The notes beneath the pieces were generated by a model that was not told the DNA's origin, searched no databases, and saw only the letters and a list, made by a program, of their open reading frames with translations. From assembly GCA_051859245.1 (NCBI GenBank), contig JBHYGA010000004.1, positions 544,001 to 608,000 of the forward strand: a stretch of DNA of 64,000 nt, read 5' to 3'. A program made the position numbers and the translations under genes. This DNA is from Gemmatimonadaceae bacterium (GTDB lineage Bacteria; Gemmatimonadota; Gemmatimonadetes; Gemmatimonadales; Gemmatimonadaceae). Shown one piece after another: positions 49,835-59,063 of this stretch (within the stretch, counting starts at the first letter, position 1; each line of letters opens with the position of its first letter).

Positions 49835-49942
49835 CAGCAACAAAAGATAGAGGTGAGGTCGCTTGACGAGCGTGCGACTGTCAGGGAGGTTGCACAGGCG
49901 CACGCCCGGACACGCTTTTCCACACAACACTCAACGCCACGC

Positions 49943-52126
49943 ATGACGCCACGGCTCACGCAACATCGCGGGATCTCGGCACTTCGGTCAATTGTCCGCG
50001 TCGGTGCCCTGCTGACGTATACAGTCAGCGCGGGCTGCGTACCAACCGTGGGCACCGTGCCCGCACCTACAGTGCCCGTGGCTGTAGCCGTGCCAACGCG
50101 AGCGCCGTGGATCGCGCCGACTCCGGCCGCCGTGGCGCGCAGTGAAGGTGACGCGCTGTACCGTTTGCAGCAACTGGCCGACGTGTGGCATGCCGCGCGG
50201 GGGTTTCATCCGGACCTTGTGGATCGCGCCGCCGAGTGGGACACCGCCTATCTGCGGCACGTCGATGCGGTGCGTGCGTCTACCGACGACGCGAGTTTCG
50301 CAGCCGCGATGCACGCACTGTTGCGCGAAATCGGTGATGCCGAAACACGCGTGGTCCGTGATACCGTGATGCGCGAGCGTGTGGCACTGCCCGCGGCCTC
50401 CACGTTTGCCGGAACGCTCACACCGCCTGTACGACGAAGCCTTCGGCGTGGCGCAGGGTTGATGCGTGACGCTGAAACGCGCGACGAGCGCACGGTTGGC
50501 GCCGCGTGGACACTGCACGGTAGTCCAATCCTTCGCGGCACCGGCCATGCTGATTCCGTTGTTGTCCAGGCAATCCGGATTGGTGATCAGTCCGTGATTC
50601 CAGCCGCAATGTTTGCGCTGCGTCAACGCGGCGACGTGCGGTTCGTTTCTACGGAAACGGGTGTGTTGCATTCGGACGCGATGGCCGTGCACATCAAACT
50701 GAGCGACAGCCTGTACGCTCGCGTGCGCACCGAGGAGCTGTTGCGTGCCGACGGTCGTGCAATCGCGACACGAGCAGATTCTGTCGCGAATGACACGGGT
50801 GCGCTGGCGGCGCCACCTGAAGCCAAACCACGACTTGCCGTGTCGGTAAGCGACGGTGACGGTCACACGTCGGCTGCACCGTATCCGTCGCTCCCGGAAC
50901 GATTGCTCGCCGTGACCAAACTCTGGGGCGCCGTGCGGGCGTTCAATCCGTACTTGCCAATGGCGGATGAGTCGTGGGATGACATGTTCGCGCGCGCCAT
51001 CGGTGAAGTGGAAGAGGCATCGTCTGCGCGAGCGTATTCCGTGGCGATGGCGCGATTCGTCGCGGCACTCGATGCATCGCAGGCGCGCATTGTTGTTCCC
51101 GATCATCCCGAGTTTGGTGCGCGCGAAGGTCGTGTGCCGTTTCAGATCCGGCTCGTCGACCGACGCGCGATTGTTTCGGACATCAACGACGCAACGGCGG
51201 CCCAACTGGGCGTGTTTCGCGGCGACGAAATTGTGGCGATCGGTGGTGAGCCGATCGACAAGCGACTCGATCGTTTGCGCGAGTATATCTCCGCGTCCAA
51301 CGCGTGGTCGCGCGAGCAGATGTTGGAGCAGTGGCTGCTCTCGGGTCCGGCTGGTGCGATCTCCACATTTCGCGTGCAGTCGGCGAGTGGTGCGGCCACC
51401 AGTGTGGAGTTGCGATACGAAGCGTTGGAACGCGCCGCGGTGAAAAGTGCGCCGCGTGAGGTGCAGACACTGGCCAACGGTGTCGTGCGCGTTCGCCTTG
51501 GACCGGTAACCGACGGCAGCGAGCTCAGTCTTCCCGACATCGTGTCAAACGCGGCGGCGGTGATTGTCGACGCACGTGGCGTGCACACTGATGAATCGTT
51601 GCGCTGGCTCGCTGGTTCAATGCTCGACGCCGACAACCGCGCGTTCGCGCGCGATGAAGTGAGCGAGATCGTGTCGCCGCCGCGCGGTGCATTGCGCAAT
51701 CCGGAGCTCGATCCGGCCCGCCAGTTCACGCGCACCGAACGACGGACCGGCCCAGTACGCGGCGAGTTGTTCAGCGGACCAATGGCGATTCTGGTTGACG
51801 CGTCCACGAGTGGCGAAGGCGAGCTGCTGGTGCTGCGATTAGCGGCGGGCGCTGGTCGCCGAATCATCGTGGGATCAACCACCGCTGGTGCGGTTGGTCA
51901 TACGGCGTCGCTGTTGCTGCCTGGTGGCGTGCAGGTCACGTATCCCGTGAGTGATGTGCGCTACCCTGATGGTCGATTTATTCAGCGGCTTGGCGTCGCG
52001 CCGGGCATTCTTGTTGAGCCGACGGTTGCGGGCGTACGAAGCGGTCGGGACGAAGTGGTGGAGGCAGCGCAGCGCTGGATCGCGCAGCAGCTGGCGCCGC
52101 CGGCGCCTGTGCGTCGTCGCGAGTGA
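49943..52126 (+). CDS. S41 peptidase-like protein with PDZ domain, possibly inactive
   Basis: GDEIVAIGG PDZ, VIVDARG, ILVD..T.G.GE, VGSTTAG, GV.P.I.V. Confidence 0.75.
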   Translation: MTPRLTQHRGISALRSIVRVGALLTYTVSAGCVPTVGTVPAPTVPVAVAVPTRAPWIAPTPAAVARSEGDALYRLQQLADVWHAARGFHPDLVDRAAEWDTAYLRHVDAVRASTDDASFAAAMHALLREIGDAETRVVRDTVMRERVALPAASTFAGTLTPPVRRSLRRGAGLMRDAETRDERTVGAAWTLHGSPILRGTGHADSVVVQAIRIGDQSVIPAAMFALRQRGDVRFVSTETGVLHSDAMAVHIKLSDSLYARVRTEELLRADGRAIATRADSVANDTGALAAPPEAKPRLAVSVSDGDGHTSAAPYPSLPERLLAVTKLWGAVRAFNPYLPMADESWDDMFARAIGEVEEASSARAYSVAMARFVAALDASQARIVVPDHPEFGAREGRVPFQIRLVDRRAIVSDINDATAAQLGVFRGDEIVAIGGEPIDKRLDRLREYISASNAWSREQMLEQWLLSGPAGAISTFRVQSASGAATSVELRYEALERAAVKSAPREVQTLANGVVRVRLGPVTDGSELSLPDIVSNAAAVIVDARGVHTDESLRWLAGSMLDADNRAFARDEVSEIVSPPRGALRNPELDPARQFTRTERRTGPVRGELFSGPMAILVDASTSGEGELLVLRLAAGAGRRIIVGSTTAGAVGHTASLLLPGGVQVTYPVSDVRYPDGRFIQRLGVAPGILVEPTVAGVRSGRDEVVEAAQRWIAQQLAPPAPVRRRE

Positions 52127-54657
52127 GCACACTCCCAATTCATGAAGTGCTGCCAGCGCTGTTGGCGGCACTTCGCGAACGTTCGGTTGCCGTGCTTGAA
52201 GCGCCTCCCGGGGCGGGCAAGACAACGGTGGTGCCACTCGCCTTGATCAACGAGGTGTGGTTATCTGGTCAACGCGTGCTCATGCTTGAACCGCGGCGAC
52301 TTGCTGCACGCGCGGCGGCATCGTTCATGTCGCGTGCCCTCGGTGAGTCGGTTGGACAAACGGTTGGCTATCGCGTTCGCGGCGAGTCGCGCGTCAGTGC
52401 ACGTACGCGCGTGGAGATTGTAACCGAAGGCGTGCTCACGCGTATGCTGGCTACGGATCCGGCACTTGATGGCGTAGGCGCCGTCGTGTTCGATGAGTTT
52501 CACGAACGTTCACTGAACGCCGACCTCGGACTCGCACTGACGCTGCAAACACAGTCGGTGTTGCGGCCCGAGTTACGCGTGCTAGTGATGTCCGCCACGC
52601 TTGATGGTGATGCCGTCGCGCGATTGATTGCGGACGACCGTGGTGATGCGCCAGTAATTCGCAGCAGTGGTCGTATGTTTCCGGTCGCGATCGAATATCG
52701 TGCGCCGCGCGATCGTGAGCGACTGGAGTCGCATGTGGCACGCGTACTGCGCGAAGTGCTGCCGCAGCACGAAGGTGATGTGCTCGTGTTTCTGCCGGGA
52801 GCGCGCGAAATTCGCCGCGCAGCGGAGCTGCTCTCTGACGTTGCGGCCACGCATGCCGGATCGCGCGTGTCGGTGCATCAGCTATTCGGCATGATGCCGC
52901 TCGCCGCACAAGACGCGGCCATTGCACCCGCGCCGCCGGGTGAACGAAAAATCGTACTGGCCACCTCGATCGCACAAACGAGTCTCACCATTGAAGGCGT
53001 GCGGGTGGTGGTTGACGCAGGCCGCGAGCGATTGCCACGGTTTGATCCACGCGTTGGGTTATCGCGTCTTGAAACGGTGCGCGAAAGCCACGCGGCCGCC
53101 GAGCAGCGGCGTGGTCGCGCCGGTCGCGTGGCGCCCGGTGTGTGCTATCGATTGTGGGACGAGCATGAGCAAGCCATGTTGCCGCCGCGCACACGACCGG
53201 AAGTTCTCGACGCGGATCTCACGCCGCTCGCGTTGGATCTGGCCGATGCTGGCGTGACTGACGCGGCGTCGTTGCGCTGGCTCGACGTGCCGTCGCCCGC
53301 ATTGCTCGCGCAAAGTCGGAGCGTGCTGCACATGCTCGGTGCGCTGGACAGCAATGGCCGAATCTCGGCGCATGGTCGCGCAATGAGTGCACTGCCAGTG
53401 CATCCGCGACTGGCGCACTTGTTGTTGCAGGCGCGTGTGCGCGGTGAGGGAGCGCTCGGTGCGATCGTCGCGGCGTGTGTCGAAGAGCGAGATTTTCTGC
53501 GCGGGGATGGCCGCAGCCCGCCATCAGACTTACGCTTGCGTGTCGAGCTGGTGCAGGGTGGTTCCGCGTCGGCGATGACGCATGATTTGCATGGCGCGTC
53601 GGTGGATCGCGATGCGGTGCGGCGCATACGCGATACCGCACGCGATCTGGCGCAGCGTGCAGATGTTCCGTGGCGCGAGCAGCAAGGCCACACGGATGCG
53701 TGTGGCCACCTGCTCGCGCTGGCCTTTCCTGATCGCGTGGCACAACAGCGCCCGGGTCAGCGCAATCGGTACATTCTGCGCAACGGTACCGGTGCGTCTC
53801 TTCCGCCGGGTGATGCGCTCGACGGCACGCCGCTGCTGGCGATTGCGGAACTCGATGGCGCGCCGCCTGAGTATCGTATTGTAAGGGCGGCGGCGATCAG
53901 CGACGCGGATGTTCGCACCGCGTTTGCCGAAGATTTGCGTGCGGTTGATGTGGTCGACTGGGATGAGAGTGCACAGCGCGTGCGCGCGCGACGTCAAACG
54001 CAGCTCGGCGCGCTGGTGCTTGACGATGCACCGCTGCGCGATGTGCCGCCTGACGCCGTGCACCGTGTAATGCTCGACGTGATCAGGTCGCGCGGCATCT
54101 CCGCGCTCGCGTGGGAGCGTGAGGCCACGCGACTGCGCGAACGTCTCGCGTTTGTGCACGCGCATGATAGTTCGTGGCCCGATGTCTCCGACGACAACTT
54201 ATTGTACAAGCTCGAGACGTGGCTTGGTCCATCGCTACATGGTGTGAAGCGGTACACCGACATTGATGATCGCGTCGTGCATGACGCGTTGCTGACCCTG
54301 CTCGACTGGTCACAACGTGCGGCACTCGACCGTCTTGCGCCAACGCATCTAAGTGTGCCGAGTGGTTCACAGATCGCACTGGACTACAGCGATCCCGCGG
54401 CGCCGGTGTTGGCGGTGAAGTTGCAGGAGGTCTTTGGCTGGACCAACACGCCAATGATTTGTGACGGACGAGTGCCACTCACGCTGCACCTGCTCTCGCC
54501 GGCGCAGCGACCGGTGCAAGTGACGCGTGATCTGGCAGGCTTCTGGCGCGACGGCTACTTCGAAGTCCGCAGGGAGCTGCGAGGCAGATATCCGAGACAT
54601 CCGTGGCCAGACAATCCGTTATCTGCCGAAGCGACGCGTCGCGCCAAGCCGCGCTAA
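52123..54657 (+). CDS. hrpB: ATP-dependent helicase HrpB
   Basis: APPGAGKTT, EPRRLAAR, DEFHER, MSATL, QRRGRAGR, LLSPA.RP.QVT.DL..FW, RYPRHPWP. Confidence 0.96.
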   Translation: MSTLPIHEVLPALLAALRERSVAVLEAPPGAGKTTVVPLALINEVWLSGQRVLMLEPRRLAARAAASFMSRALGESVGQTVGYRVRGESRVSARTRVEIVTEGVLTRMLATDPALDGVGAVVFDEFHERSLNADLGLALTLQTQSVLRPELRVLVMSATLDGDAVARLIADDRGDAPVIRSSGRMFPVAIEYRAPRDRERLESHVARVLREVLPQHEGDVLVFLPGAREIRRAAELLSDVAATHAGSRVSVHQLFGMMPLAAQDAAIAPAPPGERKIVLATSIAQTSLTIEGVRVVVDAGRERLPRFDPRVGLSRLETVRESHAAAEQRRGRAGRVAPGVCYRLWDEHEQAMLPPRTRPEVLDADLTPLALDLADAGVTDAASLRWLDVPSPALLAQSRSVLHMLGALDSNGRISAHGRAMSALPVHPRLAHLLLQARVRGEGALGAIVAACVEERDFLRGDGRSPPSDLRLRVELVQGGSASAMTHDLHGASVDRDAVRRIRDTARDLAQRADVPWREQQGHTDACGHLLALAFPDRVAQQRPGQRNRYILRNGTGASLPPGDALDGTPLLAIAELDGAPPEYRIVRAAAISDADVRTAFAEDLRAVDVVDWDESAQRVRARRQTQLGALVLDDAPLRDVPPDAVHRVMLDVIRSRGISALAWEREATRLRERLAFVHAHDSSWPDVSDDNLLYKLETWLGPSLHGVKRYTDIDDRVVHDALLTLLDWSQRAALDRLAPTHLSVPSGSQIALDYSDPAAPVLAVKLQEVFGWTNTPMICDGRVPLTLHLLSPAQRPVQVTRDLAGFWRDGYFEVRRELRGRYPRHPWPDNPLSAEATRRAKPR

Positions 54658-54693
54658 GGCGGCGATCGCGTTCACAAACGCAACGCGCTGTGG

Positions 54694-55101
54694 CTAGCGC
54701 TGCATCCAATCTCCAGACGGTACGCGACGTCCGGTGGCGGCCGGTTGATTGTATCGGTACATCCACGCTTCCTGCTCGCTGCCGTCTTCGAACCGCACGG
54801 GAACCCGCACACGCAAGAACAGTGAACCGAAGCGCGCGTCGGGTGCAAACCCCTCGTACTGATCGAGCATGGCGAGGGTTTGTTCGGCAACGTCGGCACG
54901 AAGTGCCCACACTTCGCCCTGCACACGCTCAGACTCATCGTCCGCCGACAGCAGTGCGGCGAACTGTCCGGTGTCATAGAGCACGCCCGACACGCTGGCA
55001 TCACCCACGTACGTGGCGGAACTGGCCAGTCGCTCACCCATCAGCGTGCCGGCACCACGCCGAAGCGTTCCGTAAGTAAAGAGCAACGTCTGTCCACTCA
55101 T
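54694..55101 (-). CDS. Gamma-glutamylcyclotransferase family protein
   Basis: FTYGTLR.G, V.GEV, LD.YEG, AW.Y.Y, SGDW. Confidence 0.9.
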   Translation of the reverse strand: MSGQTLLFTYGTLRRGAGTLMGERLASSATYVGDASVSGVLYDTGQFAALLSADDESERVQGEVWALRADVAEQTLAMLDQYEGFAPDARFGSLFLRVRVPVRFEDGSEQEAWMYRYNQPAATGRRVPSGDWMQR

Positions 55102-56282
55102 GCGCGCAGGGCTTCGGGGAGGACACGAACCAGAGACTGCATTTCTTCCGGTGTGCCGATGCTGATGCGAACCCAGTCATGATACGGTGGGAACGCGCGG
55201 CCAACAGCAAAGTTCTTGACGGCGAGCGCGCTTTGCACGGTCGCCGTGGGAATACCGGCGTGCACAAAAATGAAGTTCGCGTGCGACACGGATTGTTTCC
55301 GACCCATTCTTTCTACGGCCGCGCGGAGTATCTCGCGGCCTTCCGCATTCTTGGTGCGACAGAAGTCCTGCCATTCGGTATCGGCGACCGCAGCAATGGC
55401 GGCGCGTGCGGCCAGTGCGTTTGGAACGCCAGTGGTGAATCCCTGCATGCGTGCAATGATGTCCGGCCGCGCGATGGCAAATCCTATCCGGCAGCCGGCG
55501 AGACCATGAATCTTGGACGCGGTGCGAAGCACGATCACGTTCTCACCCTTGACCACCAGATCGGTCATGCTGCGATATGACGGGTCCGTGACGTAGTCGT
55601 GGTATGCTTCATCCACGAGAACCGGCGTGCGTTTCGCGGTGCTCACCACGTAGTCGCGCAGCGTGGCGTCCGGCACCAGCGTACCTGTGGGATTGTTCGG
55701 ATTACAGACAAACACCAATCCAACGCTTGAAACGTGCCGCCGATCCATGGCGTTCAGATCATGCACATGATCTTCCGTGAGCGGCACGCGATGCACGGTG
55801 AGTCCCATGTGCTCGGCGTACTGCGGCAACGCTTCAAAAGTGGGATCGGCCGTGAGGATGTCGGCGCCTCGCATGCCAAACGTCAGCGCGGCTGTGCACA
55901 ATACCTCGCGCGATCCCTGCGTGACCATGACACAGTCCGCTGGCACGCCGGCGTACCTGGCGTAGGCGTCGCGCAGAATACGAATGGACGGTGTGCCGTA
56001 TTTGTTGTGCTCGTCCCATGCGTCGGTCATGGCCTGTCGCGCACGGGGCGACATGCCGTAGGGATTTTCGTTGGATTGCAGGCGTACCGGGCCCGCCAAC
56101 CGTCGCTGTCGCTGTACTGCGCGGGCGTACTCGGTCACGTCACTCAGCGCCGAGCGGGGCGTCGCGGCGGTCGCGGCGGGGAGCACATCCGGCAGGAGCA
56201 GTCCCGCGCCAACTCCGAGGGACGTTGTGCGCAGCCAGGCTCGGCGGGAGAGCGAAGACGACATTGTAGCGGCCTCGGCCAT
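55098..56282 (-). CDS. Tat-exported histidinol-phosphate aminotransferase-family PLP enzyme
   Basis: SRRAWL Tat signal; SNENPYG, CNPNNPTG, DEAY, RTASKIHGLAG.R.G. Confidence 0.88.
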   Translation of the reverse strand: MAEAATMSSSLSRRAWLRTTSLGVGAGLLLPDVLPAATAATPRSALSDVTEYARAVQRQRRLAGPVRLQSNENPYGMSPRARQAMTDAWDEHNKYGTPSIRILRDAYARYAGVPADCVMVTQGSREVLCTAALTFGMRGADILTADPTFEALPQYAEHMGLTVHRVPLTEDHVHDLNAMDRRHVSSVGLVFVCNPNNPTGTLVPDATLRDYVVSTAKRTPVLVDEAYHDYVTDPSYRSMTDLVVKGENVIVLRTASKIHGLAGCRIGFAIARPDIIARMQGFTTGVPNALAARAAIAAVADTEWQDFCRTKNAEGREILRAAVERMGRKQSVSHANFIFVHAGIPTATVQSALAVKNFAVGRAFPPYHDWVRISIGTPEEMQSLVRVLPEALRA

Positions 56283-56479
56283 ACGGAGGGAGAAATACGG
56301 GCGAAGTGTGATCCACCGTGCCCGACTGCAATGTGCGACCTACTACCTTTCCCTCGCTAGCGTAGGATCAACTTTGTATCGAATTCTGTGATACCGGTCT
56401 CGTGCGGCGTCTTTGCGCTGCGGCGGTGATCGTGTGATGGCGAATCCGCAATCACAGTGCTTTCTACTTTCAGGCTCGC

Positions 56480-56899
56480 ATGTTCCGACCGTTTTCCATC
56501 GAGTGGGCAGACGCCTTCCGTGACGCGATCAACGCTGACGCCCAATACGCGGCCGTCGCGAAGAGCTGGACGTGGCCAGTGGCCTTGGTGCTGGACGCCA
56601 CACCGGCGTACGGTTACCCACAGCCGGTAGCCGTGCAGTTCACACTTGATCGTGGGCACTGTTCGGCGGCTGTGATCATGCCGCCCCATACCGTGAGCGC
56701 CACCTTTGTCCTCCGCGCCGACTACGAAACGTGGAAAGAGGTCGCGCGCGACGGACTCGATCCCATCGCCGCGGTGACGCAGGGCCGCGTGAAGTTCACC
56801 GGGCCCCTTGGCACGTTGCTCATGCACGCCAAGGCCGCGTCGGCTTTGGTGGGTGCGGCGCGCGTTGTTCCGACCGCTTACCCCGACGACCGCGAGTGA
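56480..56899 (+). CDS. SCP2 sterol/lipid-binding domain protein
   Basis: FS.EW...F..AIN, A.Y..W..V....LDP..A..QG..K..G. Confidence 0.8.
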   Translation: MFRPFSIEWADAFRDAINADAQYAAVAKSWTWPVALVLDATPAYGYPQPVAVQFTLDRGHCSAAVIMPPHTVSATFVLRADYETWKEVARDGLDPIAAVTQGRVKFTGPLGTLLMHAKAASALVGAARVVPTAYPDDRE

Positions 56900-56904
56900 C
56901 ACCG

Positions 56905-57828
56905 ATGGCCGGAGCGGAGAGTGCGAAGCCACCGCGGTGGCAGCTCGTGCTCGCGTTCCTCTGCATTTATGTCGTGTGGGGTAGCACGTATCTCGCCATG
57001 AAGTTTGCGGTGGACACCATTCCACCGTTCCTGATGGGCGCCACGCGCTTCCTGATTGCCGGTGCACTACTGGTAGCGTGGAGTGCGTGGCGAGGTCGCG
57101 CCCAGGTGAGCCGTGCAGGCCTGCAGAGCGCGGCAGTTGTTGGCGGCCTGCTGCTGTTCTGGGGCAACGGCTCGGTGGCCTGGGCGGCACAGCGCGTGCC
57201 CTCTGGTATGATGTCGCTGCTCGTCGCCACCGTTCCGCTCTGGATGGTGTTGATCGAGGGGGCGCGAGGGCGGAAGCCAACGTTCGCGCAGCTTGTAGGC
57301 GTCGCGATCGGCCTCGTTGGTGTGAGTCTGCTGGTGCTGCCGGCCGACGGCTCGTGGCGCAATGCGCCCGTTGATCCGGTGGGAGCCGCCGTGCTGGCGA
57401 TTGGTTCGTTCGCGTGGACGGCGGGCTCGCTCTATTCGCGCACCGCAACACAGGCGCCGTACGCACCGATGGCCAGCGGACTGCAGATGTTATGCGGCGG
57501 TGCGATGCTGCTGGTGCTCGGTCTTGCGTCTGGTGAGACGGCGCGGTTGTCGCTCGATCTCATGTCGCTGCGATCCATGTGGGCGGTCGCGTATCTCATT
57601 GTGTTCGGATCGCTTGTTGGCTTCAGCACCTACATGTGGTTGTTGCAGAAGGCGAGTCCAAGTGCGGTTGGTACGTACGCGTACGTGAATCCGGCAGTTG
57701 CTGTATTGCTCGGTGTGCTGCTGGCGGGCGAAAAAGTGCCGGCGCGCGGCGTACTCGCCATGTCGGTGATTGTGGGAGGCGTTGCGCTCGTCTCACTCGC
57801 GCCGAAACGTGGATTCCGGCGCTCGTAA
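56905..57828 (+). CDS. EamA/DMT family transporter (YedA-like)
   Basis: YVVWGSTYLA, PPF.....RF..AG, YAYVNP.VAV.LG; about 10 TM helices. Confidence 0.92.
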   Translation: MAGAESAKPPRWQLVLAFLCIYVVWGSTYLAMKFAVDTIPPFLMGATRFLIAGALLVAWSAWRGRAQVSRAGLQSAAVVGGLLLFWGNGSVAWAAQRVPSGMMSLLVATVPLWMVLIEGARGRKPTFAQLVGVAIGLVGVSLLVLPADGSWRNAPVDPVGAAVLAIGSFAWTAGSLYSRTATQAPYAPMASGLQMLCGGAMLLVLGLASGETARLSLDLMSLRSMWAVAYLIVFGSLVGFSTYMWLLQKASPSAVGTYAYVNPAVAVLLGVLLAGEKVPARGVLAMSVIVGGVALVSLAPKRGFRRS

Positions 57829-57841
57829 CACGCCCGGTGGT

Positions 57842-58549
57842 TCACAATTTTTTCATGAACGCACGAATGCGCGCGGCGTTCGCGCCAACGTCGCTACGAC
57901 CGACGCGTGACATGGAGCGCACATCAATGCGCGAACCGCTTTCGTTTGCGCGAATGCGCACCACGACATCATCCTTGAAGCCGAACCATGTGGTGGTGGC
58001 GGTCGCTTCAATCCGGCCGCTGGCCGAGTCGGCGGCAACGATGTCCCACCCCATTGCTGTCGCGGCGGACAGCGCGTTGCGAAACGCCTCAGGTGGCGCG
58101 TCGCTCACGGTGATCGGTTTGACGTCGGGATACGCGGCGGCCTGCAGCGCGGCGATACTGTCGCCAGCGTAGCGTGAGCCGTTCGGCGCGCTGTCTCGCG
58201 CCGGCAGCAGTGCCACGAAGAGCGGTGGGTCGGCGGTGTCGGTGGCGATGTCGTGAATTGGCGGAACAGACCGCGCCGTGCGCGAGAAGCTCCACGGTAC
58301 CGCAAAGGTGACCAGGCCGAGTAGGAGCGCGAGTAAAGGGACCGCGAGCTTCGTACCACGCGGCTTGGCGAGCAGCATCGCGAGCACCGCCAGAATGCTG
58401 GCCGCGACTCCCACGTAGAGTGAGTATCGAAGCAGCATCAGGCCCGTTCGAAAGTCCCACACGCCGAGTTTTGTGCCAGTGCCCGACGCCAGCAACATGA
58501 CGAGGCCGAGTACTGCCGTGCCCAACGCCACTGTGCGCGACCAATTCAT
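57842..58549 (-). CDS. DUF1499 domain protein
   Basis: PPIHDI.TD..DPP.F, IEATATT.WFGF.DDVV.R, D.RS.SRVG.SD.G.NA.RI. Confidence 0.88.
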   Translation of the reverse strand: MNWSRTVALGTAVLGLVMLLASGTGTKLGVWDFRTGLMLLRYSLYVGVAASILAVLAMLLAKPRGTKLAVPLLALLLGLVTFAVPWSFSRTARSVPPIHDIATDTADPPLFVALLPARDSAPNGSRYAGDSIAALQAAAYPDVKPITVSDAPPEAFRNALSAATAMGWDIVAADSASGRIEATATTTWFGFKDDVVVRIRANESGSRIDVRSMSRVGRSDVGANAARIRAFMKKL

Positions 58550-58665
58550 GAGACTGCTCCTGATACGACATGAGAATGACGCCTGGCGGCCGAAACCGTG
58601 GCGCCGGAAATTCCGTAGATTAGCGTGCGGCTTGTTACACCACTGCTCTCAAACACGGGACGGCG

Positions 58666-59025
58666 ATGCAGAACCACATCAAAATTGTAGCGCTTGGAAA
58701 TATGGCGCTCGGCGCTTTGGGAATCGTTGTCGCGATTCTCTTCATGCTTGGCTTCAGCGTTGCGGGTCTGGCCAGCGGAGAGCTTGCGGGCGGTCTCGTG
58801 CTTGGCTCGATCGGTGTGATCGGTGGCGCGTTCATTGCTGTGTATTCACTGCCGCAGTTCATTGGCGGACTTGGTTTGCTGGCTCGCAAGAACTGGGCGC
58901 GATACGTGCTGATGGTCACGTCAGCACTCTCGCTCTTCGGATTTCCGATCGGCACCATTCTTGGCGGTTACTCGCTGTGGGTGCTCACGAACAACGACAC
59001 GAAGATGCTCACGTCGGGTTCGTAA
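58666..59025 (+). CDS. Hypothetical membrane protein
   Basis: TM helices; G.GLL..K.WAR, FPIGT.LG.Y..WVL. Confidence 0.75.
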   Translation: MQNHIKIVALGNMALGALGIVVAILFMLGFSVAGLASGELAGGLVLGSIGVIGGAFIAVYSLPQFIGGLGLLARKNWARYVLMVTSALSLFGFPIGTILGGYSLWVLTNNDTKMLTSGS

Positions 59026-59063
59026 ACGTCATGATCGTTGCAACGACAACGGCGCCCGTCGCA

